Shown: one piece after another, positions 14,120 through 26,712 of the stretch | Layout of the letters: every line of letters starts with the position of its first letter | Numbering within the stretch: the first letter of the stretch is position 1 | Assembly (NCBI RefSeq): GCF_006345805.1 | Contig: NC_042999.1 | Span: 90,334,001 to 90,398,000, forward strand | Direction of reading: 5' to 3' | DNA from: Octopus sinensis | Lineage: Eukaryota | DNA: 64,000 bases | The notes under the pieces: model-generated | The model's database searches: none | Told to the model about the DNA's origin: nothing | The model's input: only the letters and a program-made list of their open reading frames with translations | Translations under genes and position numbers: made by a program

Positions 14120-14700
14120 CTGCAAGGAAAAACAAAAAAATATATTATTGGAAAGTTAATATAGACCAATATTAATTTATGATAAGAAAACTTCTTATTA
14201 AAAATGCTGTAGCACTAAAGGCAGTAAGATATGAAATAAGAAAGAATTAGCTCCTATTTCTTATAGATGAATCAACAGCATAGAGGCTTGTTCATCTAGA
14301 GACTGTCATTGTCTTAGATACATGTTAACTTGTAAATAACAAAAATAAATAAAAATTAATGAGTAAATTCAGTAGTGCATGTTTTTAATAAATAATTAAT
14401 ATGACTTGCACAAAATGCAAAAGTGTCTATTGCAACACATAATTTCAGATCAAGTTGATATACCAGAGAGATACTAATATAATTTTTTTTAAATCAGCAA
14501 GTCCAAAATATAGAATGAAAAGTTTTAAAGGAAATCATTTTCCTAAAATTCCAGGAGAAGTGAAAATTATTAATAATTGTGTTAAGAGTAAAAAATAAAA
14601 ATAATGAGGAAAAAGAGTAGAGAATATTTAGGTAGATATAAGTCAAGCAAGATTATATATGCAATAAGTAGCCATTAAAAATGAGATGTATTCACGAAAA

Positions 14701-14707
<7 letters not shown>

Positions 14708-14765
<58 letters not shown>
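14708..14765. repeat. (TA)n microsatellite
   Basis: Perfect TA run. Confidence 0.95.
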
Positions 14766-14769
<4 letters not shown>

Positions 14770-15199
14770 TATGAAATTGTTCTTATTGAGCAGCTTTGGT
14801 CAGCTGTGCTTATACAGACCCATATTACATGAAGAAATGCTTGAAAACAGATCATACAACTAACTTTTTTATATGTTAAACTACTTCAGTATGACCTGAA
14901 GTAGTAAGCAGCTCAATGACAGAGTATGTTGTATTACATTTAATGTCCAGAAATAATTATTGTGTTAAATAACAATCACCATGAGCTAATGACAGAAGAT
15001 ATCTGTCATAAAGGTATGAAAAACAATGCTTGTGAAGATATAGTTAGATGAGACAATCCCCAAAGTTCAAGATTCAGCCACATAACTGGTTGTTGTTAAA
15101 ATATTCATATATGATATGTAAAATGATTTTTGAAATTGAGAAATGAAATATATATACTTATAAAAATGGAATATAACATTTTAGTAGAATATAACTTAC

Positions 15200-15397
15200 C
15201 TCAGGTGTGACACTAGCTTCACTTTTATTGCTGTTATTGCCAACTTCTTTCAACCAATAATGTGTGTGTAATATTTCGAGCACCATAAATGCACTAGCCA
15301 TACCACCAAGTCCATAGTTTGTATATGTATATTCTAAACCATGGACCATAGCTCTCAATACAGTCAACATGCCTTTAAATACTTGACGATTTACACA
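15200..15397 (-). CDS. MADD: MADD exon: [51 protein letters not shown]...SVTPE
   Basis: Acceptor ttctag, donor gtaagt; 198 nt, phase 0-0; KGML and GLGGMAS motifs. Confidence 0.96.
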
Positions 15398-16344
15398 CTA
15401 GAAGAAACAAAACATATGTTTATGGAGATGAAAAGTGAATAATACAGTTGTATACACATTTAGGTGGTATATACATAACCATCTTTGGAGAAAATTGCAA
15501 TACTTTTAAAATGATACCATGTTTAGTGTTTTTTTAAAGAAAGTAATTCACTAAAAGGTGCAATAAATTGACTGCACCTTCTCCAACCTCACTGCATCAT
15601 AAACTGCACACAGAGGAGAATAGATGTCATTTGGAGGGCCACTTCTGTCGGCTCTCTTTAATGTCAATAGCAATACCCAAGAAATTCTTAATTGTGTAAC
15701 CCAATGCTTGCAGACTGCTCCACTGACTACTTCTCAAACTGAGTGAGGTGTTATCATACACAAGGAAACGTGTCTTATTGTCAATCTGGAAACCTTCACT
15801 CCACTAGAAACCCAAGTACTTTCAAATTTCTAAGATTCTACTCCTTTTGCAAATTCATCACGTGTTAATCAGATATTTGGAAGTAAAACCTAGAATCAAG
15901 AAGCCTTAAAGAAAACCTAGCGAAGATGAAATTTAGTTAATAGGAAAGATGGTAGGACTCTACAGTACCATTTGGAGAGTTACCATGCTTGGTATGTTGA
16001 ATAAAATAGGTAGGCTCTCTGTATTGCGCCAATACAAACTTTGTGCACAAGAGATGCAGTAGCACCACAGGCAGGCTGACAGTGAAGAAAGATTTTTATA
16101 CATAGCAGGTGCACAGGAGTAGTTAGTAGTCACAGCATTAGTAAAATAAATTCTTTCATATGCTTAGCAGGCTCTCTAAAATATAGTTAATAGCTTCTGT
16201 CATTTAGGTGATCTATGTTCTGAAAGCATAATGTAGTGATGATGATGAAAGACATATAGCATAATAACAGCAATACAATTTTGTAAAAATTACATACTTG
16301 CTCTGCAAAATGTGAAAAAAAAAAAAAAAAGCCAGGAAACTTAC

Positions 16345-16531
16345 AACATCTTCAATATGCTGGGAGTCATCAGTTAGTTTTTTATCTAGGTTCTTGTTCA
16401 GCCGACTAACAACAAAATTACGATAATTTTCATCTTCCATTAATTTCTTGAGGCGATTGATTTTCAACCAACTTACGCCATGTCCTTCCACAACAGAACT
16501 TATAATTTCTTTCAAGAAAGATTGGTTTTCA
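16345..16531 (-). CDS. MADD: MADD exon: SENQSFLKEIISSVVEGHGVSWLKINRLKKLMEDENYRNFVVSRLN...HIEDV
   Basis: Acceptor atctag, donor gtaagt; 187 nt, phase 2 to 0. Matches human [23 protein letters not shown]. Confidence 0.96.
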
Positions 16532-17272
16532 CTAGATTCAAAATAAAAAAGAAAATAGTTAATACTTAAATTAATAAAAAAGATCAATACAAATTCATCA
16601 ATTTTATAAAATATGTAACTTAAGGAATTTAAAAAAAAATTATATTTTCATTATTTTCACTGCATTCATTTCTTTTTGAAGGTTCTCCACCAAAATTGAA
16701 AATTAAAAGTAATTCCTGAAATATCAACAATAATCTTTGTAATCCCAGTTGTGTCTTTAAAACTAACTTGAAGTGACTTTGATGTTGTAAATGTTTTTAC
16801 CATTTTGGATAGATTACCTCAGGACAACATTACACTGTATTCTTGTTTTTGCTTTCCTTTTTTATTATACAGACCATCTATATTTACAACAAATATCCAT
16901 AAAGAAGGTAGTAATTCTACATCTGATTACCTGGCAAATAATATACAGAAAGAGTATTATACCTATAGCCCACAATAAGTATAATACTAATTTTATATAT
17001 AACCAAACAAGTGGTAAGTGCTGATATTCTGTCAATAGTTCAGAACAGCTAGAAGCGAGTTAAAGAATAATTCCATACAAAGATGTGAGGTGAGCATATA
17101 TGGGCAAATATCTGTTTCATATAATATTGAGAAAGCAGGTTTTGAAAAAAATTGATTGCTCAGCAAAAGAGACATGACTGCATCATGTTCATTGGTTTTA
17201 AACAATTTCTGTGAACTGATGCTAGGGGACTGACAAAGGAAAGAGTTGGAAAATTGTATAGTATAATAATTT

Positions 17273-17564
17273 AAACAATTGCAGCGTGGAAGGTGTTTAT
17301 AAGCCATGTAAGAAACACACAAAAACCGTTAGATTCACTTCAACATTTAAATTTAATTTACCAAAATATTTTCATCGCTTTGAGACCATGACTTGTTCAC
17401 TGACAAATTTCTGTGCTGTATCACGGAATTTTGTCAATGAACAGGTCGCGGTCTCAAAGCGACGAAAATATTTTGGCAAATTAAGTTTAAATGTTGAAGC
17501 AAATCTAATGGTTTTTGTGTGTTTCTTAAATGGCTTATAAACACCTTCCACACTGTAATTGTTT
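17273..17564. repeat. Fold-back palindrome, arms about 143 bp, 6-nt loop
   Basis: Arms aligned by eye at about 89% identity; centre tctgtg-ctgtat-cacgga. Confidence 0.95.
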
Positions 17565-17665
17565 TTGTTCCAGCACATGATCTCAGATCAGGTCACTTGC
17601 TATGCAAATACATCTCTGTAATAATAATTTAAATCTGATTGAAAAGATGATAAAACTGTACTTAC

Positions 17666-17777
17666 CTATTAGAATTAGGCCGGGATTCAGTAGATTGTTG
17701 CCTTGTGATCTCACGTGGTCGTTGGCTTGTAGCTTGTTTTACTAATCCAGATTTCTCAACTCGTGCTCTTCGGTTAC
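17666..17777 (-). CDS. MADD: MADD exon: GNRRARVEKSGLVKQATSQRPREITRQQSTESRPNSN(S)
   Basis: Acceptor ttatag, donor gtaagt; 112 nt, phase 1 to 2. Matches human GNRRALVDQKSSVIKH. Confidence 0.92.
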
Positions 17778-18329
17778 CTATAAAATCAATAAAAGAGAAC
17801 TACATTTTAAAATATTTTCCAAAACGACAATCTTAAATTTTAGGTCAATTAAATGATACATACTGCTTTAGCATAATATATATGGTAACCATGTACCTTC
17901 TCTATTGCAAGACACCTTCCTGTTCTGCTATTCATACTTTAACCTCTTATTACTTGGCACAAAGCTACCACCCTCAATACTTCCCATTGTTGAGGAGTCT
18001 TGACTTGCAATTTGCTTGGTGACCTTATTGCTACTGGGGCTATGTAAAAAGCACCAACTACACTCTAGTATTTGATATTAGGAAGGACATCTAGCCATAC
18101 AAACCATGCAAAAGTAGATAGTAAAGATTCACATAGTCTTTTGACTTGCCATCTCTTATCAAACTATCCAACCCATGCCAGCATGGAAGGAGGATGTAAA
18201 TTGATAATGATGACAAAAAACAGAGATTGATATTAAAGAAAGTGAAATAACTAAAGTGACTAAGAGATAGGAACTGAATGTGAGGTGTGCATAGTAGGCT
18301 GCAGTTTAAAGGTGTATGAAGTAACTTAC

Positions 18330-18395
18330 CTAAAGGTGCAAATGGTTTATTTTGCGGTTTGCTGTGGAAGTTTGGCATAACAGATCGATTATTCC
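18330..18395 (-). CDS. MADD: MADD symmetric exon: GNNRSVMPNFHSKPQNKPFAPL
   Basis: Long pyrimidine tract ending tttgtcag, donor gtaagt; 66 nt, phase 1-1. PFAPL corresponds to human TPFPSLK. Confidence 0.85.
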   Translation of the reverse strand, partial: GIIDLLCQTSTANRKINHLHL

Positions 18396-20962
18396 CTGAC
18401 AAAGGAACAAAAGAAAAATCAATAAAAATACTTAAACAATACTTTAGACATATTTCAAACATTAGTTCCAATATTTTTGTCTTAAAAACATCTTGCATAT
18501 ATAAAATACAAACCACCAAAAGCATGTGCTGTACTGTGCTTAAAATTCAGATATAAACATATAATGTCCAGTAACAATTTCTTTCTTATTATTCAGCCAT
18601 AGTTATTATTTCATTAATTTAAATAGCTTACGCAGCTCTAATATTTCTTCTCATGATCAATGACAATTTAAAGTGTAGATGAACTAATTTGATCTCTACA
18701 TTTCATCAATAAAATCTAACTGCAGGATAGCAATTTCTCCTATGAAGGAAAAAATAAAACAGTTTACTTCAATGAATACATATATGATATAAATTATAGA
18801 GTAATTAGGGGACCTCACTGTGTGATAGGATATATGGGTCTTAATTAACAAGTCAAAGCGAAGTGAGGCATAACAAAATTTTTCATAAAAATAAAAATGT
18901 GATGAAACAAAATGATTGTCATAAAGGAAAAGTCTAAATTTACATATTTAATGTTCCGTTAAATGCATTGCTTCTTCCTTGTCAGATGCTCCCCCAATCT
19001 GCCAGACATGAAGCTGTTGAGTCTGTGCATTTAGCTGCGTAACTACTCTACACCTGCCTGTCTGCCAACCCCTTTCTGCTCCACACTCATCCACCAACTA
19101 ACTATATGCTTTCAGTCATGCTCAACCTGGAACCTACACATATTCTAACACTTGATGCAACACTTGTCCCTTCACCTTCAACATAATCTAAAAACTCAAT
19201 GCAAGTTGAATTTACAACCACATTGATTGCACTACTGCTAATCTGATTGAGTGTTTACGTATTGTCACTGTAACATCTTATATATTATAGAGACCAATCA
19301 CTGACTAGGTGAGAACTTTGTGAGAATCTTCTGAATGTCTATAATAACATACTACGTCTCTTAAATTCCATTACTAGCTACTCTAACCTCTCTGGTTACT
19401 CCACTTTGTTACTATTCAGTCTTTGTTTGCTGATGCAATGATCCAAAGGCAACCTCTCACATCAGTAAACAATGGTTCATTTTTCAACTTGTGATTTTAA
19501 TTCTTAGAGGTATGAATACTTATTTCCAATTTTACAACTAGCTCTACCATCAACTATCTGAGGTTATATTTGATTCAATACCTTACCACTTTATTTCTTT
19601 GTAATTGTTGTGTATCTGTGTGCCCATTTCTGCTGAATCAACACAACTCTGCCAACCCTTCCTTTCAATATGCCTCCCTCACTAACCTTTTGCCACACAG
19701 ATCACGTCTCTATCAGATCTCCATGGTTACACCTCACTCCATATATCATTCACTGCAATTATGCCATTATCCACTGCTTACTTGTGATACTTTTAACCTA
19801 TTCACATTTTCACTTCTGCCAGTCATTGTTTGACCATGCTGATGCAGAATTTGTGCCTAAAAATTCAGAGTTTTTCACTCCACATAGTAACTATACTTAC
19901 TGAAATTACAAACTCATATGGATTCTGTAACAATATAATGTGAATAGGTCAAGAAAAGCAATTAGAAGTACTAAGGGAAACTGTTTAGTTTAATTAAGGA
20001 ATATAAAGTAAATCAAAATGCTCAGGGAAGGAAAAAAGAAATAGAAGCTATAAGCTTTCTACAATAAAGAAAACAGTTTACTTATTGAGAACAGAAAAAC
20101 ATAAAAGAAGAAGATAAAACTGAAATGGAACCTCAAAAACTATGACAAAAAAACTTTTCTAAGTCAATATGTTGTCAATATTTTATAGAAAGAAAATCAG
20201 TATGAAATCCAACAGTAGATTAGAAGCTCCAAACTAAAAGTAGAAATACAAGGTTTGATTTTGGTGGCTCAGGATCAACAACTAAGCACAAAAAACTACC
20301 AAAATGTAATAATAAAAGTGAAGAACACCATCAGTAGACCAATCAATAAGTTACAAAGAAACAACTGATCACATCATTTCTGGATGCCATCTTTACAAAG
20401 GTCATAACTAAAGGACATGACTGAATAGTGCTCACGGGGTAATATATACCAAAGCTAACAAATTTTGATACACTAAGATATCTTGACAATCAAGGAGATC
20501 AATGCAATCTCCGTTTAATAAAGTAACGCAATACATACTCTTACATAACTGATACATGGTACTATGACACATTGCATATGAGTCTCCTAAGGCAGACTTT
20601 AAGCCAGACATAGGGTAAGCTTTTTTGAAAAATGACCCACATAAGCTATGACTTATCATCAGGTGGATTGCACTACTAGAAAAAAATTCACGGCAATTTT
20701 TTTTATTAGTGTGCCATTCACAAAGTTCTGATGATTGCAGCTTGCCAATGACAGCTCTAAGTGATTACTCAACTTGTTAAGAATAGAACATGCTGCAGGT
20801 GGTGCAGTAGAACCTCACATGGAACTGTTGAAAGCATGATAATAATAATAATGGTGATAGTAGTAGTAGTAAAGGCTTTTGAAGAAAAAATATATTTAAC
20901 TATAAACATAAAATTTGGTTATGAATTATAAAATGAATAAATGCAATAAATAAAAAAGTTAC

Positions 20963-21089
20963 CAGCCAGTTCTCCCAGAAATCCCGATAAGGTGCTACTA
21001 GTGCTCTGAGCTAAGCCACTCAATTCACTACTGATAGTGGACATTATAGATGATGCAGTAGGAGATTTGTCTGAAGATTCAGACAGTTG
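20963..21089 (-). CDS. MADD: MADD exon: QLSESSDKSPTASSIMSTISSELSGLAQSTSSTLSGFLGELA
   Basis: Acceptor tttcag, donor gtaact; 127 nt, phase 0 to 1. Confidence 0.85.
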
Positions 21090-22035
21090 CTGAAATGTAA
21101 TAAATAAAATGAGAATTGGTAAAATGCAGCAAGTGTAAAATATTCAAAATGATATTCAAAAAAGCTAAAGATAATTTTTCCATTACATTGGTGATGTTTA
21201 GCACTAGTCTAAAAGAACTGCAATAAATTGAATATTCATGCATATATGTAGGGCTCTGCTATTAGATTTGTGGTATTCACTTACACAATTAAGTTATACA
21301 TTCATATAAAATTGTACTGTACCAGTAATTACATATATTGAATAAAAAAGAAGTGATATTAAATGTTAAGTCCTCAAAAATTAATCATAAGTTAGATCTG
21401 TCAGTCAAATACAGAATATTGATAGGTAAAGTAGAATAGTATATTACAGATAAGTACGGAAAACTATATATAAATGTCTAAATTTTGCCCACCATAAATA
21501 TATAATTATATAATTACTAATAATCTAAGAAAGAAAGAAAAAAAAAAACGATATGCTCCATGATTGCTGTAAACAACTAACCATTTATTATTTAAAACTA
21601 TTTAAAACTAATTATTTAAAAAGTAAATTTCAGGCATCAGTTACTTTCTTCTGGAAAAAAAAATGTCAATTGCAAGCCCTGTAATGTCTTCTATGTCTAG
21701 TCATGTATTATTCTCGTGTCATATAATTTCTGCAAAATCTGGCAACACATGAGATAGCATCTACAAATATTCACATTATGAAAACTAACATTAATGATCA
21801 ACTAGGAGCAACTATATTACAGATCTCTATTTTTGGTATAAAAATTCAAGTGATAAAATTGAAAACAACTTTTGTCAACGAAAAATAGCAACTATAGATG
21901 ATCTATATTAATGAGAGAACGAATTTTCTGTAATTATGAGAATGTATCAGTATATATACACAAGTTTCCAGTATCTGGAAATTTTACAAAAACAGTTAAA
22001 ATATAATAAAAAATTATATATGGTTTAACATTTAC

Positions 22036-22315
22036 CTTTAATTTTAGAGGACGTTTTCCTGATGTGTGAGCAGTAGAGATGGCACCAAAAGCAGGTTTCT
22101 GACTTGAATAACTAGGAGTACCACTAGTGCGACTAGGGCCAACAGGAGACTCCAAAGACTGTGTTCTATCAGAGAGGGGTAGTGAATAGGGTGTATTTCT
22201 TTTCTCATTGGTATTTGACTTCAGTGATGGAACGACAGGAGCTTGTGAACTTGCACTTGAGGACAATGGCTGTACATAACCTGGCTTGCCTCCACCAGTT
22301 ACAGATCTTGAAGAA
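22036..22315 (-). CDS. MADD: MADD exon, Ser/Pro-rich linker: SSRSVTGGGKPGYVQPL...SGKRPLKLK
   Basis: Acceptor ttttag, donor gtaaat; 280 nt, phase 2 to 0; open frame with coding-like composition in an AT-rich background. Confidence 0.85.
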
Positions 22316-24754
22316 CTAAAATATATCATATAAATACATTAAAAAATTTTCAAAATAAGATGCAAAAATAGTTAATCAATTTAACAATAAACACAGACTA
22401 TATTTGAGATACATGATTGGTCTATAGAGGAAATTTTCATAGACCTTAAAACCCACAAGATCCTGGCATCACCTCAAACTTCCACAGACAAAGTGATATT
22501 GACAGGTTCTAAATTAGGAGAAAAGTGAGAGAGAAAGAGGCACAAGATTAGAACAAATAACCTTTGAATGTCCTACAATATCACTTAGCTTCTGCAAAAT
22601 GACAGCAAAAATAAATGCATCAACTAAACGCTCATAAGTCGATCCTCATGAAGTACTTCTCATTGACTTCCTATTTGAAAACAGAATTGTAGAACTAGCA
22701 TACACCTACAAAGATCTAAAAGAGACACTGCATACTGCAAAGCATCATGCATAGATATGTTTTCTATAAGCTTGAAGATGATGATCATATTAACATGAAG
22801 TGTAGTGTCTCTTGGATTTGAGGCCATGACATCATGTCACATCCTGAAGACTGATTTTATGACCCAAGAGCAGGAGATAACTAAGAAATACCTTATAAAT
22901 GAAAGAGACAGTGTAGCTCTTATACATCCAAGATGCAACTGAAAATGTCAGTTATGCCAAATTTCTGTGAACATTACACATGTTAACAATTGCCTAAAAA
23001 GTTACCAAAATACTCCCTCCTAGTTCAACATGATGTTAAAGCAATATAGAATGCCATCCACAATGCCCCTTTTGTTGATTTCATATATATATATCAACAT
23101 AAAGAAGGATTCCAATAAAAACTTCTGAAAAGTGCAAAGTATAAAAGGCCCGTACTAGTTGTTTGAAAAAGAAAAAAGAAATCATGTACAGGCAAAGGTT
23201 TGCTAACATCAAATGCATCAATAATTAATGCGTAAATTTACATATATACATAGGGTCATACAATATCTACTCTTATGCAACTCATGCTACTGTCTTTATC
23301 ACTTTTTAACTCTCTCTTTCTTTCCTATTATTCCTTTCTCTAACACTGTTGCTACTTGTCCCCTCTATCACTATCTCACAACAATAAGTTGAAATATGAT
23401 TCCTCCAAATCATATTTCAACTTCAAGACTTCACTTCAGGTTACCACCCTCTCTCCTATTTTTACTTTCAGCCATTGCACTTTAGTCTTCAGTTCTGTAA
23501 GTTACAAGGTAACATTAAAAGTGCTGCTGCATGTGAAATGCACCCAGTTCACTGTAAAGCAATTGGAACATCAAGTGAAGTCAATGCAGGGTTGTGAGAA
23601 TTATTTAGTGTTGTTAAGGTTATAGCATCCTCTCTGGTACTGGTACCAAAAAATGCACTGTTGGTGTCAGGAAGGGTATCCAGCTGTAAAATTCCTGGTA
23701 AAACTGAGATACTGGAGTAAGACAAAGATCCTTTAATCTGCTGGATTTTATCAAACAATCCAATCCACGTGAGCATGGAAAAAAGTCTTAAAATGATATA
23801 TGTGTATACACACCCACAGTGGAATACTTCATGAATTTGGCATTGTTTTATAGACTGAATGCCCTTCCTGTCAGCAACCACATTATAATAAAGACTAGGA
23901 GCATTTCATCATACCACTGGCACTTCAGGATTTGCCTACCAAGAGTAACATCTTCATTCTACATTCTGTTAACTTTTATTCAGAGTTACTGCTTTCTTAG
24001 ACAGATTGCCTTTACTTGCAGAGTTCACATCTGAATAGGTTTTCATTCTCTGTTTACAATGCTGAAGTTATATTGATAGAACACCGTCAGTATCTGAGTG
24101 AAGGATGAGAGATAGATGGGGCTGAAGATGACAAGAAACCAGTAGAGTTCTGGAATGATGGAGAATGGTGAAGTTTAAAGAAGAGAGGGAAGGGGATCAT
24201 GTGAATGAGAATATGGGACAAGAGGTGAGAAAGGAGATGGACAAGTCCAATAAAAGAGAGGGCTATGAAAGAGAAGAATGGGGAGATAGAAAGATAAAGA
24301 TGGGCAGGTAGTTAAGAGATGATGTGAAAACGTTGGGAAATAAGAGAAAAGGAATGACATGGGTATAAGAGGAATCAGATGTACTTTGTAAAAGAAAAAA
24401 GTGCATTGGTACAGACATATAATGAATGTGAACAAAAACAGATGCTAAAAAAAGTGCCAGGAGATCCAAGGAGAAAGTAATTGCAGAAGAGGAAGACCAA
24501 GGAAAACATGGGCAGAAATTATGAAAGTTGATCTCATAATGAAACATTAAGATAGGAAAAACTTTGTTTTCGCTATAACCAATGAAACTGTTGTCATTTT
24601 TGATGACTCAAGTACACTAGTTTTAAGAACATTAAAAAAAAAAACCCTAACAGAAGAAAGGAAAATCCAGAAATTTACTTTAAAAATATGAAATGTATGT
24701 ATTGTCACTAAAGACAAAAAAAAAAAAAAAAAATGAAATTAGAAAGAAAATTAC

Positions 24755-24816
24755 CTATTTGATAGTTTGCTTTCCACTGATGTATTTTGGGGATCATATT
24801 GAAAAACGTCAGGCAC
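24755..24816 (-). CDS. MADD: MADD small exon: VPDVFQYDPQNTSVESKLSN(S)
   Basis: Acceptor ttctag, donor gtaatt; 62 nt, phase 0 to 2. It is needed to reconcile the phases of the flanking exons. Confidence 0.8.
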
Positions 24817-25668
24817 CTAGAAACATTAATGAACAGTAGAAATTTAATTTTCAGAGATAATATATATAATTTACAACAAACTATGCTATTTTATTGCTTG
24901 ATCTACATGCACTGTATGTACATACAGATACACACTGGATAAATGGTGGTGGCTCTAACATATGTTTGCATTTCTGCCACTTATCACACAACTTTCTTGA
25001 TCACATTTTTCAAAGATACTGTTTGACAGTCCTCATGTCAGTATTTCAAATAATTTAGATTGAGTCATTGAGTTTTAAGACAACAGATATTGTTTCTATA
25101 ATGTGGTTATGTAATACTTGAACAAAATCATTGAATTCTTGAATAAGGAAAAATTATCTATAAAATATTGGCATAATTCAAGCCAATAGTTTCACTTCGA
25201 TTTTTGTGCACACAAATTGATACTTTGGAGCTATGGAAAATTAGATATGCAAACTAGCTATAAAGAAAAAACTTTAATTTATAAATTAGTTATATAAAAA
25301 TTTGGACTATAAGACAAAATTCCACATTTTTGTTTTGTTACAGTATTTCTGTGAAGCTTGTTAGTTATCAAAACAAATTAAACCCTCTCGCATTTAAACC
25401 AGTCATACCTGGTCCAAATATTCAATCTAATTTATGTTCAAACCTGTCAGATCTGGCCTCTCACACCTACCCTACAACATCATTCAAAAAATAAGTTATT
25501 ACATCATCAAAATCTATGAGCTATGAGATAATGTATGATTAATCCAAAACAATGTAAATAAATAAGAATTATATTTGACAGAGAAATCATCTGCTATAAA
25601 AAGGAATAACTTTTTCCATATAATTTATCATAATTTCTTGAATTAAATGCTAACAATTTTATACTTAC

Positions 25669-25874
25669 AACTTCTTTTTGATCTTCAGCAAACGAAGGAT
25701 GATTATCTTGACTGTAAGTTGGACTAGAGGATGCTGAAGAATCCCCATCACTTTCATGCGTTGTAAGGCTTGATTCATTTGTGCTGATATTTGTTTCAGG
25801 AACAAGTAATTTGCTGGGAGGGGAGAATATTTTTGAGTGGTCAACTGCCAGGATTTGGTTTTCAGGCACAAAAA
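25669..25874 (-). CDS. MADD: MADD exon, Ser-rich linker: IFVPENQILAVDHSKIFSPP...FAEDQKEV
   Basis: Acceptor ttctag, donor gtaagt; 206 nt, phase 1 to 0; open frame and phase-consistent, low conservation. Confidence 0.85.
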
Positions 25875-25950
25875 CTAGAAAATTAAGAGAAAAAAAAAGC
25901 AGCGTTTATTTTTGTCAAATGACTTTTATTGGTATTTATTCAAGAAAAGT

Positions 25951-26184
25951 ATTATCTACATGTAGAGTAGAAGTGTTAGTTTCTATGTATAAATTTTTCA
26001 GCAAGCACAGACTGACAGAGTGTATTAGTCATCAGACTATGATATATATATATATCATATATATATATCATATATATATATATCATATATATCATAGTTT
26101 GATGACTAATACACTCTGTCAGTCTGTGCTAGCTGAAAAATTTATACATAGAAACTAACACTTCTAATCTACATATAGATAATA
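25951..26184. repeat. Fold-back palindrome, arms about 97 bp, around a (TATATATCA)-type microsatellite core
   Basis: 4 mismatches between arms in hand alignment. Confidence 0.95.
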
Positions 26185-26352
26185 CTAAACAAAAAGCAAG
26201 CTTAAAAACTTGCTATTTGTGAAGAAAAATGAATTAGTCAAATCTGAACATTTTCTAAAGAATTAAAAGTTAACAAAACTTTATACTATTAGGGACCAAA
26301 TTTACAGATAGAACTTTAAAAAATTAAATCTATGCTGTAACATAATACTCAC

Positions 26353-26463
26353 TTGGTGTATCTCCATCAATTTCACTGTTGACCATGTCAGTAACAAAAT
26401 CACTTAGTGATGAGTATGATGAACTAGTACTGTCTGCTCCATCACTGTCACTACCACTCTCGT
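26353..26463 (-). CDS. MADD: MADD exon: DESGSDSDGADSTSSSYSSLSDFVTDMVNSEIDGDTP
   Basis: Acceptor tttcag, donor gtgagt; 111 nt, phase 1-1. Matches human [25 protein letters not shown]. Confidence 0.94.
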
Positions 26464-26514
26464 CTGAAAGAAATATATATATAATGATTACTAAAGTTGT
26501 TGTTAGAGAATGCA

Positions 26515-26712
26515 TTGGTTTGGACATGTGATGTGTATGAGTAAAGACAGCTGTTTACAGAAGTGCCCGTCACTGAAAGTGGATGGTACCTGTGGAGACC
26601 CAGGAAGACATGGGATGAAGTGGTGAGGACCAGTCTCAAGATGTTAGTACTCACAGAGGAAATGGCAATGGACCGAGATGTTTGGTGATATGAGGTTCTA
26701 GAAGAGTTGCCA
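26515..26712 (+). mobile_element. RTE LINE C-terminal fragment
   Basis: WFGHVMCMSKDSCLQKC...RPRKTWDEVVRTSLKML...DRDVW. Confidence 0.8.

Noticed and set aside
16475-16480. GGC|GTAAGT cryptic in-frame donor inside the SENQ exon
   Set aside because: Using it would delete 44 residues of a well-conserved block; most likely a silent consensus match.
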